NCBI GenBank assembly: GCA_964035545.1
Contig: OZ037768.1
Span: 3,876,741-3,940,740, forward strand
Direction of reading: 5' to 3'
DNA: 64,000 bases
DNA from: Bugula neritina
Taxonomy: Eukaryota; Animalia; Bryozoa
Shown: in pieces, positions 46,585 to 60,846 of the stretch
Position numbering within the stretch: the stretch's first letter is position 1
How the letters are laid out: each line of letters begins with the position of its first letter
Notes under the pieces: model-generated
The model's database searches: none
What the model saw: the letters and a program-made list of their open reading frames with translations, nothing else
What the model was told of the DNA's origin: nothing
Position numbers and translations under genes: made by a program

Positions 46585-49500
46585 ATGCAATTTTGTTGTT
46601 TGTTTTGCAGTTTGTGTGTTTTTATAATTATCCTTTTGCAAGTTTTGCCAGGTAAGCAGTAAATGTAATACTACTGCCTCTCACACCGTTGAAGTTCAAC
46701 TCGAACTTCAAGTTCAAGTTAAATTTGATAATATTATTATTGATAATATTAATATTAAATTTGATAACTTCAACTTGCAGTTACACTTACAGTTAGTGTT
46801 ACAGTAACAGTTACTTAAACGTAAAATTAGGTGAATAAAGCTAAGACTCATAGAAATTCTGATAATAATATTTATATAATCATAATATAAATCATTAAAT
46901 GGTGATGATATTAAATTGACTTTGAGTAATATGGAGCAGCCGTGGTTTAGGGGTTAAAGCGTTTGCTTCGTGAACACAAAGTCATGGGTTCGAACCCCGA
47001 CAAAGGCCATTGGTGATGTTAGGAAGAGCATCCAGTCATAATTGCTCCTGTGCCTCATCTAAACAAGTCCTTAGCCCATTCTAACGAAAACCCTTTTCAT
47101 CAGGGGTTTCTCACAGAGATAGTGACTATAAACTTGCGTGATTTTTTTTTATCTTGAGTAATGCAATTGATAATTTAAATTTGATAATTAAATTTTTTTA
47201 TTTCGACTGTATCTGTACTCTGTACTCACAGTCACACTCGCAGTCACTGCATCACGATGATCATTCTTTTATGTTGATATTCCTTTTACTTTTAGGCTAT
47301 TCCGAGAATGTAGAGATGAGGATTGTAGATGAGCCTACATCATACTCTTGGCAAACTAATTTGTATGTCAATATTACCCAATAATATCTTGTTATGTTAT
47401 ATCAAGAAAAAGAATAATATAACATAACAATTTTGAAAAAAAGTGTTTAATTGTTTCAAAGTTTAGCTTGATGAAATGAATTTTACTTTTTTGTTTTATT
47501 GCAATTGTTATTTTTTATATTTTTTGCAAAATGTTTTTGTGATATAAAACAGGCATGCATAGAAGTAAACATGATATAAGATGACTTATAAAATTTTTGT
47601 ATTTCACATGATAAATTGTCAAATTCCTAAACATAAATGCAACACAATGCGTACTAATCGCTTAATAAACTAAGACATACATAACCTAATAATTGTTATA
47701 CATGGCTGTAGTAGTAGTAGTGTTAGTAGCAGTAGATGCAGTTTATTACAGTAAGCCTGTAACTGTATATATATAGATTATTTTTGCAATAGTGTGAACA
47801 ATTTATTTTACATCCAATTTCTTGTAGCAATCCGGATACCAGAGCTGGGCTTACAATGAGAGTACCGCCTTCCCCCTTTTCAGGTCCTCAACACTTGCAA
47901 AGACTCGACAAGCGATGCTTCAAGAAGACACTAAAAAAGTAAGTGTGTAAATAATTTCCAATCAAATTAACCACTTGCTGCTGTTTTCTCAGTAGCAGAA
48001 AATTGTTTTTTGTACTCTGTTGAAGATGTAAAATGTTGAGCTGTTAATTGTTACTAGCTGTTATTGTCTTCACTAGATACGAGTATGAGTTGTGTCCCTT
48101 TAGTAATGTCACACAAAGGGAAGTCGGTAGTGTGTGGAACAGTTTTCATGGCATCCTCGGGTTAGTATTGTTACACCACATCCTATGTGTGATTGTGTTA
48201 CTCGAATCGTAGTTTGTTGTATTCTGTATTCTGTTTTGTTAGTGCTGAAGTATGAGTTTCCTTACATTCTTATAAAGTTATAATATATATATATATATTA
48301 TATTAAATGTTTTTCGTGGAAGTGTATGAGTTTACAATTTTTTTCTTTTCATGAATGTGTTCTGTATATACTGTAACGTAGCTTGGTAATTTCTAATAAA
48401 TAAAACATTTTTAAAATTTGTATTTATTTAACCTTTTTAGTAATGAACTTAAAGCTGTCATGTTATACGTGGTGTTTGTGTGCAATGTCTTTCCCATGTT
48501 TTGCTTAAGTTCTTATAATCAATTACTATCTCATCAACTGTTAGTACATGATAAGTAACTGGCTAATGAGCGTAATAACATTTGAATATATATGTTAGTG
48601 GTGATATATACGCAGGGTTTGGCAAGAGTGGAAGATTGTAGACAATCACTTCTCTGCAATGCACATGTCAATGGGAGAACAATGTGGGGCACACCCTCGA
48701 GAGATTGACGTAAGTTACCCTACCCTTGTTCAACAGAAGATGAAGTTTCTAAGATATGTACATCATTATATAAACTACTTTTTATCTAGTCTTCACATTT
48801 TACTCTTCCTATGGTTTCACATTATCTTTCTAATGTATATTACACTTTGTAAGAAAACATACTCGTACATTTGTAAATGTTCAAGTTAATGCTGCGTGTA
48901 TTTCCGGCAGCCAACTGTTGTGTCTTATTTTACAGGTAAAGCTGGTGTGTGGTAAGGATAATGAGATATTAAACGTCACTGAACCTGGCCACTGCAGGTA
49001 CGAAATGATCTTCTCCACTCCCCTCACCTGCCACCAACACTCTATGCTGGTCTACCCGACTCTCCCCAAGCACCTGCAGCATGACTGGGACCAGCTGCTA
49101 ACAGAGTATACTGATAAGCAGATCACTGAGAAGGTATTTCTTGCTTTGAATTACACCTGCTTACAGCTGATATACCGTACAACAGATTACATTTAACCAG
49201 TTGTCAGGAAGTCTGTTCATCTACTACACTAGTTAAATATAATCTGTAGAATTTGAATTCTTAGTTAGTTTCATTACAAGCTTGTCAAGCTCCAAGATGG
49301 CTGCACCAATGACAAGTTTGTCACTTTGACGAAAATTTATATTTTAAACGTAATTTTTACTTTTGACTAGCTTTGCACTTTTACCAATTTACTGCAAAAT
49401 CTAAATCCAAGTTTTTGAATGAGCAGTTGAAATAACTAATCAGATGCATGTATTCCTATTTCATACAGATATATACATGTGATGTCCTTTTATGCAGGGA

Positions 49501-50235
49501 TACAATAAAGGAATGCAAGCTATATTTAAAAAGGCTGGATATATGCAAGAGTTTGCATCTGAAGAATCACAGCATAAAGAAGAGAAGCCACATAAAGTTG
49601 GTGATTCTGAGACAGGGAAAAGATTTTCAAGTCTAGACACATGCATTGAGGTGAGCTTCAAGCTTCTGCACAGCAAAACTGATGGAAGTGCTATAGAATA
49701 TAGACATTAATAATGCACATTATTCTTCGTGCTGCTAATATGAGAGTCATCTTCTCTTGCTGTAGTATTTACCTGTGCATTTGTTATTGATGAAAAGAAG
49801 ATAATTCTAATTCTTTCTCTAACTAATTTATATTATTATGTGTACAGCATGTTCACACTTGCACATTGTAAATAATTTATAACCAATCAATAATTTTAAT
49901 AAAAACATAGATAAAGACAGTTTTTAATATTTCTATTACGTGAATGTTGTATTTATTGTGTATTATATCATGTTGTATTGTTTATCCTACATGATATTCT
50001 ACTCTCTTCATGTACAATGTCTGAAAAATATAGTTTTAGCCATCTTAAGGTCTGTTCCGGCTGCCAAGTGTAAAAACAATACAGTAATACAAGCATCATA
50101 TTCTGTGCATCATAATAGAGAGTTTAGATAATATAGATGTTACTATAGTGTACATGTATTTGTCTGCTGCAGGCATATGAATCTCTTGATAGAGAATTAA
50201 AACAGACTAAAGCTCAGCTGCAAGTATTTGTGTAA
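46585..50235 (+). CDS. GNPTG: N-acetylglucosamine-1-phosphotransferase subunit gamma (MRH domain plus DMAP-like C-terminus), ~278 aa
   Basis: Exons 46585-46651, 47296-47362, 47828-47938, 48077-48160, 48616-48709, 48936-49133, 49498-49650, 50173-50235. Signal peptide, then MRIVDEP, SGPQHL..L..RCF, YEYELCPFSNVTQ, GILGVWQEW, EPGHCRYEMIFSTPLTCHQHSMLVYPTLP..LQHDWDQ, IFKKAGY, all parallel to human GNPTG as recalled. Confidence 0.9.
46931..47153 (+). mobile_element. tRNA-derived SINE in GNPTG intron 1
   Basis: Pol III A box (TGGTTTAGGGG) and B box (GGTTCGAACCC) in a tRNA-like head without a paired acceptor stem, ~130-nt body, T-rich end; flanked by TTGAGTAAT at 46922-46930 and 47154-47162 (candidate TSD). 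Confidence 0.8.
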
Positions 50236-50254
50236 CAAGACAATGTGTACTATC

Positions 50255-50378
50255 TACAGGTGTGTTATTATTTACAGGTATATTATTATATACAGGTGTG
50301 TTATTATATGCAAGTATATTATGATATACAGGTATATTATGATATACAGCTAAGTTATATACAGGTATGTTATTATAA
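50255..50378. repeat. ~19-bp repeat (TACAGGTRTRTTATTATA-like) x ~7 just after the GNPTG stop
   Basis: Recurrent TACAGGT...TTAT at ~19-nt spacing. Confidence 0.8.
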
Positions 50379-52217
50379 TTTTGCCAGATGCTGGTGGATC
50401 AATATTTTTCTCAGCTTTAAGTAAAACTTATATTAAACTGTTACTGGGTAAATCTATGCTTATCCATACATAATTGGAAAAAAATTAACTTCATAAATGA
50501 TTCATTGTACAGTGTTTTCAATAATTATGCAGTTATGATAATGTTATAAGTTCATGTTTATAATGCAGTAGGAATTATATTATGTATAAATATAATATAT
50601 TATATATTCGTATGGCATAGTAATATATTATATTACTATGCTATTATAATATATATTACTATATTGTTATCTTATATATTACTACATTATTATCGTGTAT
50701 ATTACTATGTTATTGTATTATATATTGCTATGATATTATAATATATATTGTTTATGTTGTAGCTGACTGAAGTTGTAAGCTCCTCACATTCCGTCTCCTC
50801 TCACCTGAATCTAACAGCTGACTCATCACCTGCTTTGTCTTGTGGCAATCAGTTTCTATTCAATTATTTTCAACAGCATTATTTTAATCTCAAACTGCCA
50901 ATAGTGTTAACTTTTACTTTTAAATAAAGAACTGCATAATCTCTATGGGAATAGAATTCTGTTATTATTATATGTATTTGTCATACTATTATAATCACCA
51001 TCTCCCCTGCTTATTTCTATTCACTTTTTTATATTTTCAGTTTGGAATTTTGTTAACTTTTTTAATTTTTGTAAACAATATTTTGTTGGGCTGAAATGTC
51101 TCTCGCTTTTACAAAGAGACAGGAATATTATAATTGGTAGTTTTATATGCCCATTTGCTGCTTGTATCTATAAAATCTGCCCATTTCAACCTCACCACTA
51201 TTCTCATCTTTGTTGGTATTATTATATTGATTTACTATACCCATGGCAGGCCCTTCTTACTACTTGCATAGTAAAATCATTTTATTTTATTTTTCAAGCA
51301 TTTTTATGCATGAATAGTATTGCAATTGTAAATGCTTATAATGAATTTCTATCATCGTATCTCACAATACCAGAATAATATATTCACAACATGACCTAAC
51401 TGTGTTTACATGAATCAGATTTCAAGTGCACTTTTTCCTGTGATTATAAAATATCAATAATATAAGACCAGATGGATAGCACCTGACCTTATATTATTGA
51501 TAATTAATGGTTAATTGTTGGCTGTGGACTAGGAGTGAATATTGGCCTAAACAGACGCTGCTTAGTGCTTGTATCTTATCATGTAAGTCATACTAATGTC
51601 ATGAAACTTAGTTGTGTAGAGGAATTCATGAATAATATAAACTTTATTTTTATTTACTTTAATCCACATATTTAAACTGCTTTATAAAATTCAATTGTAT
51701 AGTTAGGTACAATATATCTGGCATCAAGTGTAATGTCCTATATTTTGAGATATACAAAACATATTATATATGTGTATGTATATATTATATATGTATATGT
51801 GTGCGTGTATGTATGTATGTATGTATAAGAAAATATAGTTTTATTAATATATTCATACATATTGCAGTTTAAAAGTAATATAACATGAGGGGAAACAAGC
51901 ACTTGTGGTTACTCAGGCATCACCTACATGCTACTGAGTATCACTTTCCTGTCATGTTAAGTGTCACTGTTTATCATGTCAACTTTTACACATTGGCCTG
52001 AGCAATCTCTTTGAACTTGTATTAAAGAAATGTGAAGAATAGTCTAACTTGGTAGCCTATCCTTTTCTTGGTTATCAGCTCAAGCAGCTGAATGCCAATC
52101 AATATAATCACTGCATATTACATGCTGACCGTACCATCAGCTGCTCATATGTTTGAAAGGTATAGCCCAAAGAAGGTAAACAAATGTTACTCAAAGTGTA
52201 TATGTGAGGAGAGAGAC

Positions 52218-55200
52218 ATGGGAGCTGTCATTAAAAGGTGGAAAACAGAAACCCAAAATTTTACGGAAAACACCACAGCTCATGGAGTAGACCGTATTGG
52301 TAACAGAGAACGCCCCATCTGGTACGTTCTTAATTAGAACATTTAAATAATTTATTGGCCTATTTCATATTTTAATTGCTTTAATTTACGTTGTTATGAG
52401 TTATAAAATACAGTGTAGCTAAATAAATACAAAATCTGATATGAAACATTAGCGCACAATATATGTTTGAGTAAAATATGTAGGGATAGTTGTTATTTAT
52501 CATTTATACAACTGTTTTGTAGGTACAGACTGGCATGGTTAACTATAGTATTAGGTGCAATGTCCATATCTATCATGAACTGCCACGATAGAGTTCGATA
52601 TTATTTGTCCCACCCTTTTCAAATGGTAGAGACTCTTGAACCACAGGCTAAGATTCCTTTTCCCTCAGTGACGGTGTGCAATGCATTTCCATTACCTATC
52701 CTTGGCCAGCCCGGCACTGAGGCTAGGACGGCAATAGATGGAGTGAAGGAGTTGATGTGTTACAACACGTCCAGTGAAAAAGAAGGCATTGCTGATGCGG
52801 TGAGCATATATTGCACTTTGTGAATATAATATATAGAGGGCAAGTTGTGAGGGAGTTTAAATAGGTTGCCTAAAAAATTATTAATAAAGTTGAAATATAT
52901 TTTTTTTTGGTCTGATTATGCTACCTTGTACTACAATAATAATAGCTAATAGTTTGAAATATTAAAGTAAATTTAAATTTTGTGTTTGCATAAGATAAAA
53001 ACAAAACATATTTAGCATCTATGAATGCATATATAAATATAATATATAAGGATTACATATTGTATTATATTACATCTAATGACACCATAATATTATTATG
53101 TGGGTACTGAATTCATTATTTTCTAAAATTTGTAACTATTCGGGGTATATAAACAGAATTATATACTAACTTGTGACCTGCTTGATATACCTTCCAATAG
53201 CTCATCCCATTGCATAAAATTATAATTCCAATATGCATGCAAATAATAAACAGGTGGGCACAACTGAAGAATCGCTGTTGTTTAGCGTCACGGATGGCAA
53301 CATCACTAATTTAGGTTTTGCTGCTCAGTCTCTCATTGCCAGATGCCAATTTAATAATCAAAGATGTACTCATGTGAACTTTACCAGGTAAATTGAATTT
53401 ATATATATTTTTCATTATATAATAAAATATTACATTAATGATGGGCAGTGAGCCTACAGGTAATGGCATTGCTACAGTGGTTCATATATAGGGCTAAATT
53501 GCTGTATTCCATTGCTGATTTAATTTGTCTTTAGCATATGCAGGCTTCCAATACTATGCAATTAGTAAAATACAAGTGCATCAACCCTAAATATCTTCAC
53601 TAACTAATTGCTTTTATGCATTATTTGAATATCACATTTAGTTTATAGTGTTGAAAGCAATTCTGTACATTAGTTTAATACAGATTTTATACTTAAACTT
53701 TGGCACACTGTGATGAATATATAGTACCTACCCTGTGACCTATTTATCTGTGGATATAGTACCTACCATGTGACTTTCTTCTCTGTAGATATAGTACCTA
53801 CCATATGACCTACTTCTCTGTAGATATAGTACCTACCATGTGACCTACTTCTCTGTAGATATAGTACTTACCATGTGACCTACTTCTCTGTAGATGTAAT
53901 ACCTACCATTTGACCTGCTTCTCTGTAGGTATGTGGATGTAGATTTGTTCAACTGTTACACATTCAATACTGACCAGCAGGCCGTTCAGAATGAAGACCT
54001 CACACTGTTGTTGTACCTCAGTACGCATGGAGAGCCATATAACTACACAGACGTGCTGGAGTTCTTTACAGCAGGCGCATATGTCCAGGTCAGCGTCATT
54101 TGACTAACTTTAAAAGCATTTTTCTCACAGCACAGCCACAAGTCATAAGATTTGTCATTTAAACATAGAGCCTAGTGTGAAACACAAAAACATGTTTTTA
54201 TTTGTTTAATGCTGAAACTTAAATGCTAGGAAAATGTTGTAACTTTACAATATTGCCAAAAACCTAGAATTACAAGACACAAAGTGTTTCTTGAATAACA
54301 GAATAAGCAAAGCCGGCAATTCATATTTAGTCACATTATTACTCTTATTGAGAGCCAGAAGAAATCTGCTTTAAAAGTTGCCTTCTAAGATATCTCAAGT
54401 TAAAAAGTTAGTACATGACACTCTTGGGTGCACATATATCAACACCCAAGGCTTTTTTAAACCCACATTACATGGCAATGATTGACAACTTGAGCTAGAT
54501 AAAATGAAAAGTTCTTTTGTTTTTGTTCTGTTTGTCAAGTTGTTAATCAACAAGATTATAAAATACTGTAAATACTTGACTTAAAGCTTAGCTTCTTTGG
54601 GGTTTTTTTTAAAAATAATCAAAGTTTTAAATATAAGTAAAAAATTAAACTTGGTTAAACAAAACTTTACTGTGTTGATGGTTTACCGTTAAGCTCAGTT
54701 ATTTGGTTCAATATACCCTTGTGAGATTTTATCTGTGAGAAGAATGATTATATAACAAATGGCTATAAATAATTTAGAGTTGAGCCCCAAACATCAATAT
54801 CAAGATACACAAAAATAATTAAAAAATCAATTATGCTTAAGAATAATTTCACAGCTTTGTCATTTTTACTTCGTTTTCTTTTATCATGTACCTTATATAT
54901 TTATTGGTACTATTTTCAATTATATTTGAGCTATGCTTTATTTCCTTTTAGTGCAAAAGTTGTGAGAAAGCACTTTGTTCATTCATACATGTAGCACATA
55001 ACTTATGGTTCATATAAATTTTTAAATTCATTTGAGCTAATTGTTTTTTGAAAAAAAACTATTATTACAAAAGATTTCTTTCTCCCCATGTCAGATGACA
55101 TGATTTTTCAACCCTCCTATGGATGCAGGCTAAGTTAAATGTAATTAGTCCATGTGTTTCCTTAAAATAAAGTAATAATAATATCTAACGTTTTTAAAAA

Positions 55201-56278
55201 TATATTTAGACATAATGTGTTGCCTGACTCAAGTCTTCTTGCACTCTACTTGCACTCTATCTCTCCTGGGTTTTAGATTCATCAACCTAATGTACTGCCG
55301 GCACCAATGAAACGTGGGAAAGCTGTCTTGCCAGGAACCTTTAGCCTTTTTTCTTTACAAACTTACAGAGAGTTGCTACTAGCAGAACCAGTGGCTACTA
55401 ATTGTACTAATAGGAGTCTGTCAGCTAGTACCTTAGAGTGAGTCAACTAACTGCCTTTATCTACAATCCACTGTTTCTTTCAAATTCAATACATCAAGTT
55501 ACATAAATTGTACAACTTTTGTTAATTTCAGTTTGCAATTACATTCTGAATATCAACATTGTTGAGAATGGATAGGAAATTGTATTTTTACTTATTAGCA
55601 GTAGATTAGTATTCCTACATATGAGTGTCTTTCAGGTATAATACGGACATTTGCTACAAAACTTGCATACAACATGAGATGGTCAACCAATGTAATTGTG
55701 CCTTCGCTGGAATTCATATTGAAAAGCCTCAAGATTTTCAAGGACCATTTTGCTTTCAAGATTATTGCAACAAGACATTGTTAAATCTTCAAAAGCAGTG
55801 TGTCATGGATTTCTATGCCAACTTGGATTTAGCTCACAGCTGTCTAGAGTGTAAAATGCCTCCCTGTTTGTCGTGGGAATACAAGAATAAGCATTCCATG
55901 CTGGACTACTTTACGGACTTTTCTGCTGCTGACTTTGCGGAAGACTTTCTTCAACTTGACCACCAATCCATAGCTGATATGAAGGAACTGTATGGGAATC
56001 TGATTGACGTCCCTAACAACTTTGTCTCCAAGAATTTTGCTAAAGTTACAATTACATTCTCTGATTTACACGTACGACACAGAGTTGCTACGGAAACCAT
56101 GTCTGGATTTTCTCTATTTTCTGATTTAGGAGGTGCTTTTGGGTTTTGGATCGGCTGCTCAGTCATGACTTTTGTGGAAGTAATAGAATGGTTAGTGAGA
56201 TTAGCTGCATCTATTAAAACCTCCAATAACGTAAATTCAAAAGACAAAACCGAAACATCTGCCGACGAAAAAAAGTAG
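52218..56278 (+). CDS. DEG/ENaC (amiloride-sensitive sodium channel family) subunit, ~492 aa
   Basis: Exons 52218-52321, 52523-52799, 53254-53387, 53929-54088, 55277-55437, 55636-56278 (1479 nt). FTENTTAHG (pre-TM1 HG), TM1 RLAWLTIVLGAMSISI, FPSVTVCN, FNCYTFN, Cys-rich thumb, TM2 LFSDLGGAFGFWIGCSVMTFVE. Confidence 0.92.
53719..53928 (+). repeat. 35-bp minisatellite x6 (ATATAGTACCTACCATGTGACCTACTTCTCTGTAG) ending at a splice acceptor
   Basis: Unit ends at 53753, 53788, 53823, 53858, 53893 and 53928. Confidence 0.95.
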
Positions 56279-56863
56279 TTTCAACGATTTATTGTGTTTT
56301 AAAATTATTCTATCTTTCTATAATCTCAAGGGCAATTTATCAAATATGCTTACGGTGTTTCACTGTGTATCACTGTGGACTGTATAAGGTTTTACCTTAA
56401 AGCACAGCTGGTCCAAAGATAGAAAAAGCTGAACAGGAAAATATATTTCCTATAAGATAAAAAAGGCTACATTACGCTTAACAGAAGACTATCACACAGA
56501 GCACTAATATGGTCTGGGACTTAGTCTTCTACAGGATACATAATTAGATCATAATCCTCTGGATAGATCAAGTAGACGAACTATAGACTACAACTTGTTC
56601 ACTGAATTAAGCCAACTGTTTACACTGGTATTCAGAAACAGCATCAAGACTTCATAAGACGATGATTTATATAGTGATTATATAATAGTAACTGACAATA
56701 CTTTTTGTAGTCATATGTCATTTATTTGATAACATAAAATAAAGTTGAAAAATATAGAAAAGTTGTTGAAGCATGATCAAAATAAATATAAAGAGACAAG
56801 TCAAATTTTTAAAAATTTAGCAAACTAACATACAGTGCGTGTATTCATGATCTAGTGAGCATC

Positions 56864-59800
56864 TCAGAAAGTGAAGTTATAGTTGGTACCCTGAACCAGT
56901 CTTGATTGCAACTTCCAAATATCCTTAAAAATAAAGCCACAACCCACTAATATCTCAATATAAGTAAAACATAAGCATCAGCATATTCATATTAGTGTAA
57001 GCAGTTTTCTCAATAATCTCAACATTCTTCAAGTAACTAAAATTGGGCAGATATTCAACCTCACGCAACTTGAGAACACTGTGACACATACACTATGACA
57101 CATACACTATGACACATACACTGTGACACACACCCTATGACACATACTCTATGACACATACATTATGACACATACACTATGACACATACACTATGACACA
57201 TACACTATGACACACACTCTATGACACATACACTATGACACATACACTATGACACATACCCTATGACACATACACTATGACACATACACTGTGACACATA
57301 CACTGTGACACATACGCTGTAACTTATACACTATGACTCATATGCTGTGACTTATACACTATGACACTTACACTATGACACATACACTGTGACACATACA
57401 CTGTGACACATACTCTATGACACATACACTATGACACATACACTGTGACACATACACTATGACACATACACTATGACACATACGCTGTGACTAATACGCT
57501 GTGATTAATACAACTGACAGCATAGTTATTCAACTATACTAATAATAACTTACTGGTAACGTTATAGTGACATCATTTCCTACTCTCTTTCTTGCAAGCT
57601 GAAGAATCTCATGCCCCGTCTCAGGCGACACTGTCTCATCACTATTGATAAAATGGCACTTGGAGGAGGCATAGTGGCAGGATATAGCCTAAAACACGCC
57701 CACAAACCAACCGATGTTACTTGGAAATGAATGATTACTAAATCAAAATAATATTCTTTGTTCAAGTTAAGTATATATTCAAATAATTGTAAACAGTTAT
57801 AAAATTGCAATCTCAGTTTTCAAATTATGTCATAACTCAAAGCTACAAAGCTATGCTCGTAACACATCCTTGAATAAAAAGAATTTCACTTGAATTAAAC
57901 TTCTTCACCTTCATGTTATAGTGTAAAGCATCAGTGTTTTATTTTACTACAAAAATGTTGTTTTATAGTTTAGTATTGTGAAATTATAATATATTACAAC
58001 ATTCATAATATGCACTAATAAACATATTATTGTGTATACCCTATGTATAAATATAATATTATTATACATAATACTATATAAACAATTCATGTTTATATTT
58101 CACATGCATAGCAAGTTAGAGATGAGCTAAAATGATTTAAAATTAGAATTACAACCTTTCTAAATCCTGTTGTTTTGTTAGACCCAGAACCATGGATAAT
58201 CAAAGGGTGAAAAAACACAGTGTCTCCTTTTTCCATCTCAACGTGGATTTTTGGTAGGGAAGGGTCATAGTCTTGTATTCCATAGTATAACTTATTTACA
58301 CCACCCTAGAAATATAAGAGGTAGATACGAGTAGTAGTAGTGAGCCTGTTAGACAGCAAACAGTAAAGTGTTACTATTGTTCCAATGGCAAACTAGAAGA
58401 TAATAGACTAGTAATATGCTGTAATATATATTAACACCTCGCAGCAACACAAACAATTAACACACACCTTCTTGTAGTGAGTGCCTAGGATTGATCTTGC
58501 AAGAATGAACAGTATGCTATACTTTATATATTATATTATATTACTGCTTTATTGATAATATATATTATAATATACGTTATCTCCATTTCAAGATAATGTT
58601 GTAGCTTATTTAACAGAGACAACACCCGTCGTGGGGATTCCCAACAGCATAAACAAACTAATTGGTGACACTAAAAACTCCTAGATATACTTATACACCA
58701 TAGCATTGATGATGCTTCTGAACCTACATCATAATAACTGTTGAACTGTTTACGAGATGATACATTCAGCACTTGTAAAAAAGCACTCATAATATATGAA
58801 AGACATATTTACTATTACTCTCACACATTTACCTCCCAATCAGGGTAAGTGTGCTTCTTGAGTGGCTCCTTATGAGTGCCGGGCAGAACAACCAGACAGC
58901 CATTGGATCTGGTCACCTTCTCCATGGCTGTCCAGGCACACACTATCCTATCTGCTGGTCTGAATGGGAAGTAGTTTAAGTCCTGGTGGAGGGGATGGCG
59001 GGAGGTCTTGGTGCCAGGATCTGGTGGTTTATTTATCAACATGGTGTGGACAGCCATGATGTCAGCACCACAGAAACACTCCACGTACTTTAGGATCTAT
59101 TCAATATTCAGATAAATAAATAATGGTAATTGTTGATTTGAGATAATTGGTCCTTATTTTAGAATTGCTGAAATTATCTTAAGACAACTCCTATTATTGG
59201 CATCCAATCGAAAGTCTGTCAATACAATAAATTTACTATTACACGTGGTAGCAATGTGAAAATGCAATCATTCTACTGTTATATCGATAATCAACTGTGC
59301 CATTAACTACTGCACAATTGCATTGAATACCTACAACATGGCCCTATCTTCTGCATGTGCTGAGCAGATAACTCTAATAAAGAGAGCACAACTCTGTGTA
59401 CAACACTGTTAAACCAATCATCTTTTAATAAAAACTGTACAAATTGCAGACATCTTTAGTGTAAACTACAGCAAGAATACCATTTCCTGAACATAGATAA
59501 AAGTTGAAAGATGCCACAGAAAAGCAGTTCTATACTTGTTGCTTTGGTTATTCAATTATTCAGCTCAACAGATGAAGTATTGTGTGTCGTTAATTCAAAT
59601 GCAAGGGGTTGATGCATACACACACCTCTGGTGTCATGCAGTAATCAAACAGAGGCTCATAGTTCTGGAAGGACTGTATCTTAGTAACTGCCTTTTCTCC
59701 AGGTACAAACTCTGATTTAGCAATGGCTACGTCTCGCATCACGACCAGCAGTGGAGCTGAGGCTTCACCTTGGCAGATCTTCTGGAAATGGTCTCTTAAA

Positions 59801-60846
59801 CCAAACAACATGACACGTGATTAACACACCAACTGTCTTCTTTAAAAAAATCAAATATCAGCTTACCTAAAGTTATTGAGCTTTATTACACACAACCAGT
59901 CAAACCAAAGTCACAATATAATTTTTGAGATTGTTTTATGGCAAAATAAAACCGAACTTTAGAATTTAAATTGTTGTCCAAACTTTAAACAAATTTAAAA
60001 GTATTCATGTTATTACATTCAGAAAATGATAGGAGATACATGTAAACTGTGAGCTCATTTATAACAGGTACAATGAAGCTGTTCTCATCAATGGACTTTA
60101 CACCCAAAGACACTTATCAGATAAGTATAAGATAGAAACTCTATGGGCATTGTATAAATCAGCTTGCCATGCTGTTCACCTTACCATATCTACACTATAA
60201 TAACCATAACCGTACGTACAAACTCAAACCTACACATAATCTTGAAGGGGTTCAGAAGGCACTAAATTTTTCACAACCAAATAGCCATTGTCTTCGTAGA
60301 ACTGCCTCTGCTCTTGACTAAGCAGTGGATTGTCTAAAGTGTATCTGTACTTGGAGTCAGTACCAGAGCACTGCTGTAACTACAACATGGAGCAATTTTA
60401 TAAATAACATGAAAGCTGATAGAACATTACATAACATTAGTTATATGAGTTAGAGGCCTACAATAGAATTTGAACTTCATCACTCACTCATACATAAATA
60501 TGGGATGGTGCTAAAAAGTAATATATACAATACGATATACTATAGAACAATATATAGACTCAGGTCTAAAGTTCATGACTCATAACATCACTGAGCGACA
60601 CTGTATACACTGAATACGTGAAAAGTTCAAATTTTAAAACACTAAAACAGAAGCTATCAATTGAATTATAATTAGCCAGAAATAATTGTTTGTACTACAA
60701 CTACTCCTAAGCATAAAAGCTCTCAAAACAATATATTATACAGTCAGTAACCTGAAGATGGTGTCTTTTCACATTACCTTAAGGTCTTTACCAGAGTTCA
60801 GTTGGTTAGAGATTACTTGTAGCCTAGATTTAGCGGGTGAATCCAT
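56864..60846 (-). CDS. PHYH: Phytanoyl-CoA dioxygenase, tandem copy A (~330 aa, PTS2)
   Basis: Exons 60846-60778, 60379-60234, 59794-59626, 59096-58833, 58305-58156, 57688-57554, 56923-56864. Motifs [65 protein letters not shown]; PTS2 RLQVISNQL. Confidence 0.95.
57076..57512. repeat. 14-bp minisatellite (ACACTATGACACAT) x ~31
   Basis: Tandem array filling most of the last intron of PHYH copy A. Confidence 0.97.

Noticed and set aside
46933-47010. Possible tRNA gene
   Set aside because: Acceptor and anticodon stems do not pair properly; the following body, T-tail, TSD and decayed copies indicate a SINE.
53719-53928. CRISPR-like array of 35-bp repeats
   Set aside because: Units are contiguous with no unique spacers, there are no cas genes, and the context is a eukaryotic intron.
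55951-56247. Antisense ORF over the channel's last exon, and similar antisense ORFs at 427-744, 23109-23459, 31403-31696 and 41514-41735
   Set aside because: Shadow ORFs opposite real coding exons with no recognisable motifs.
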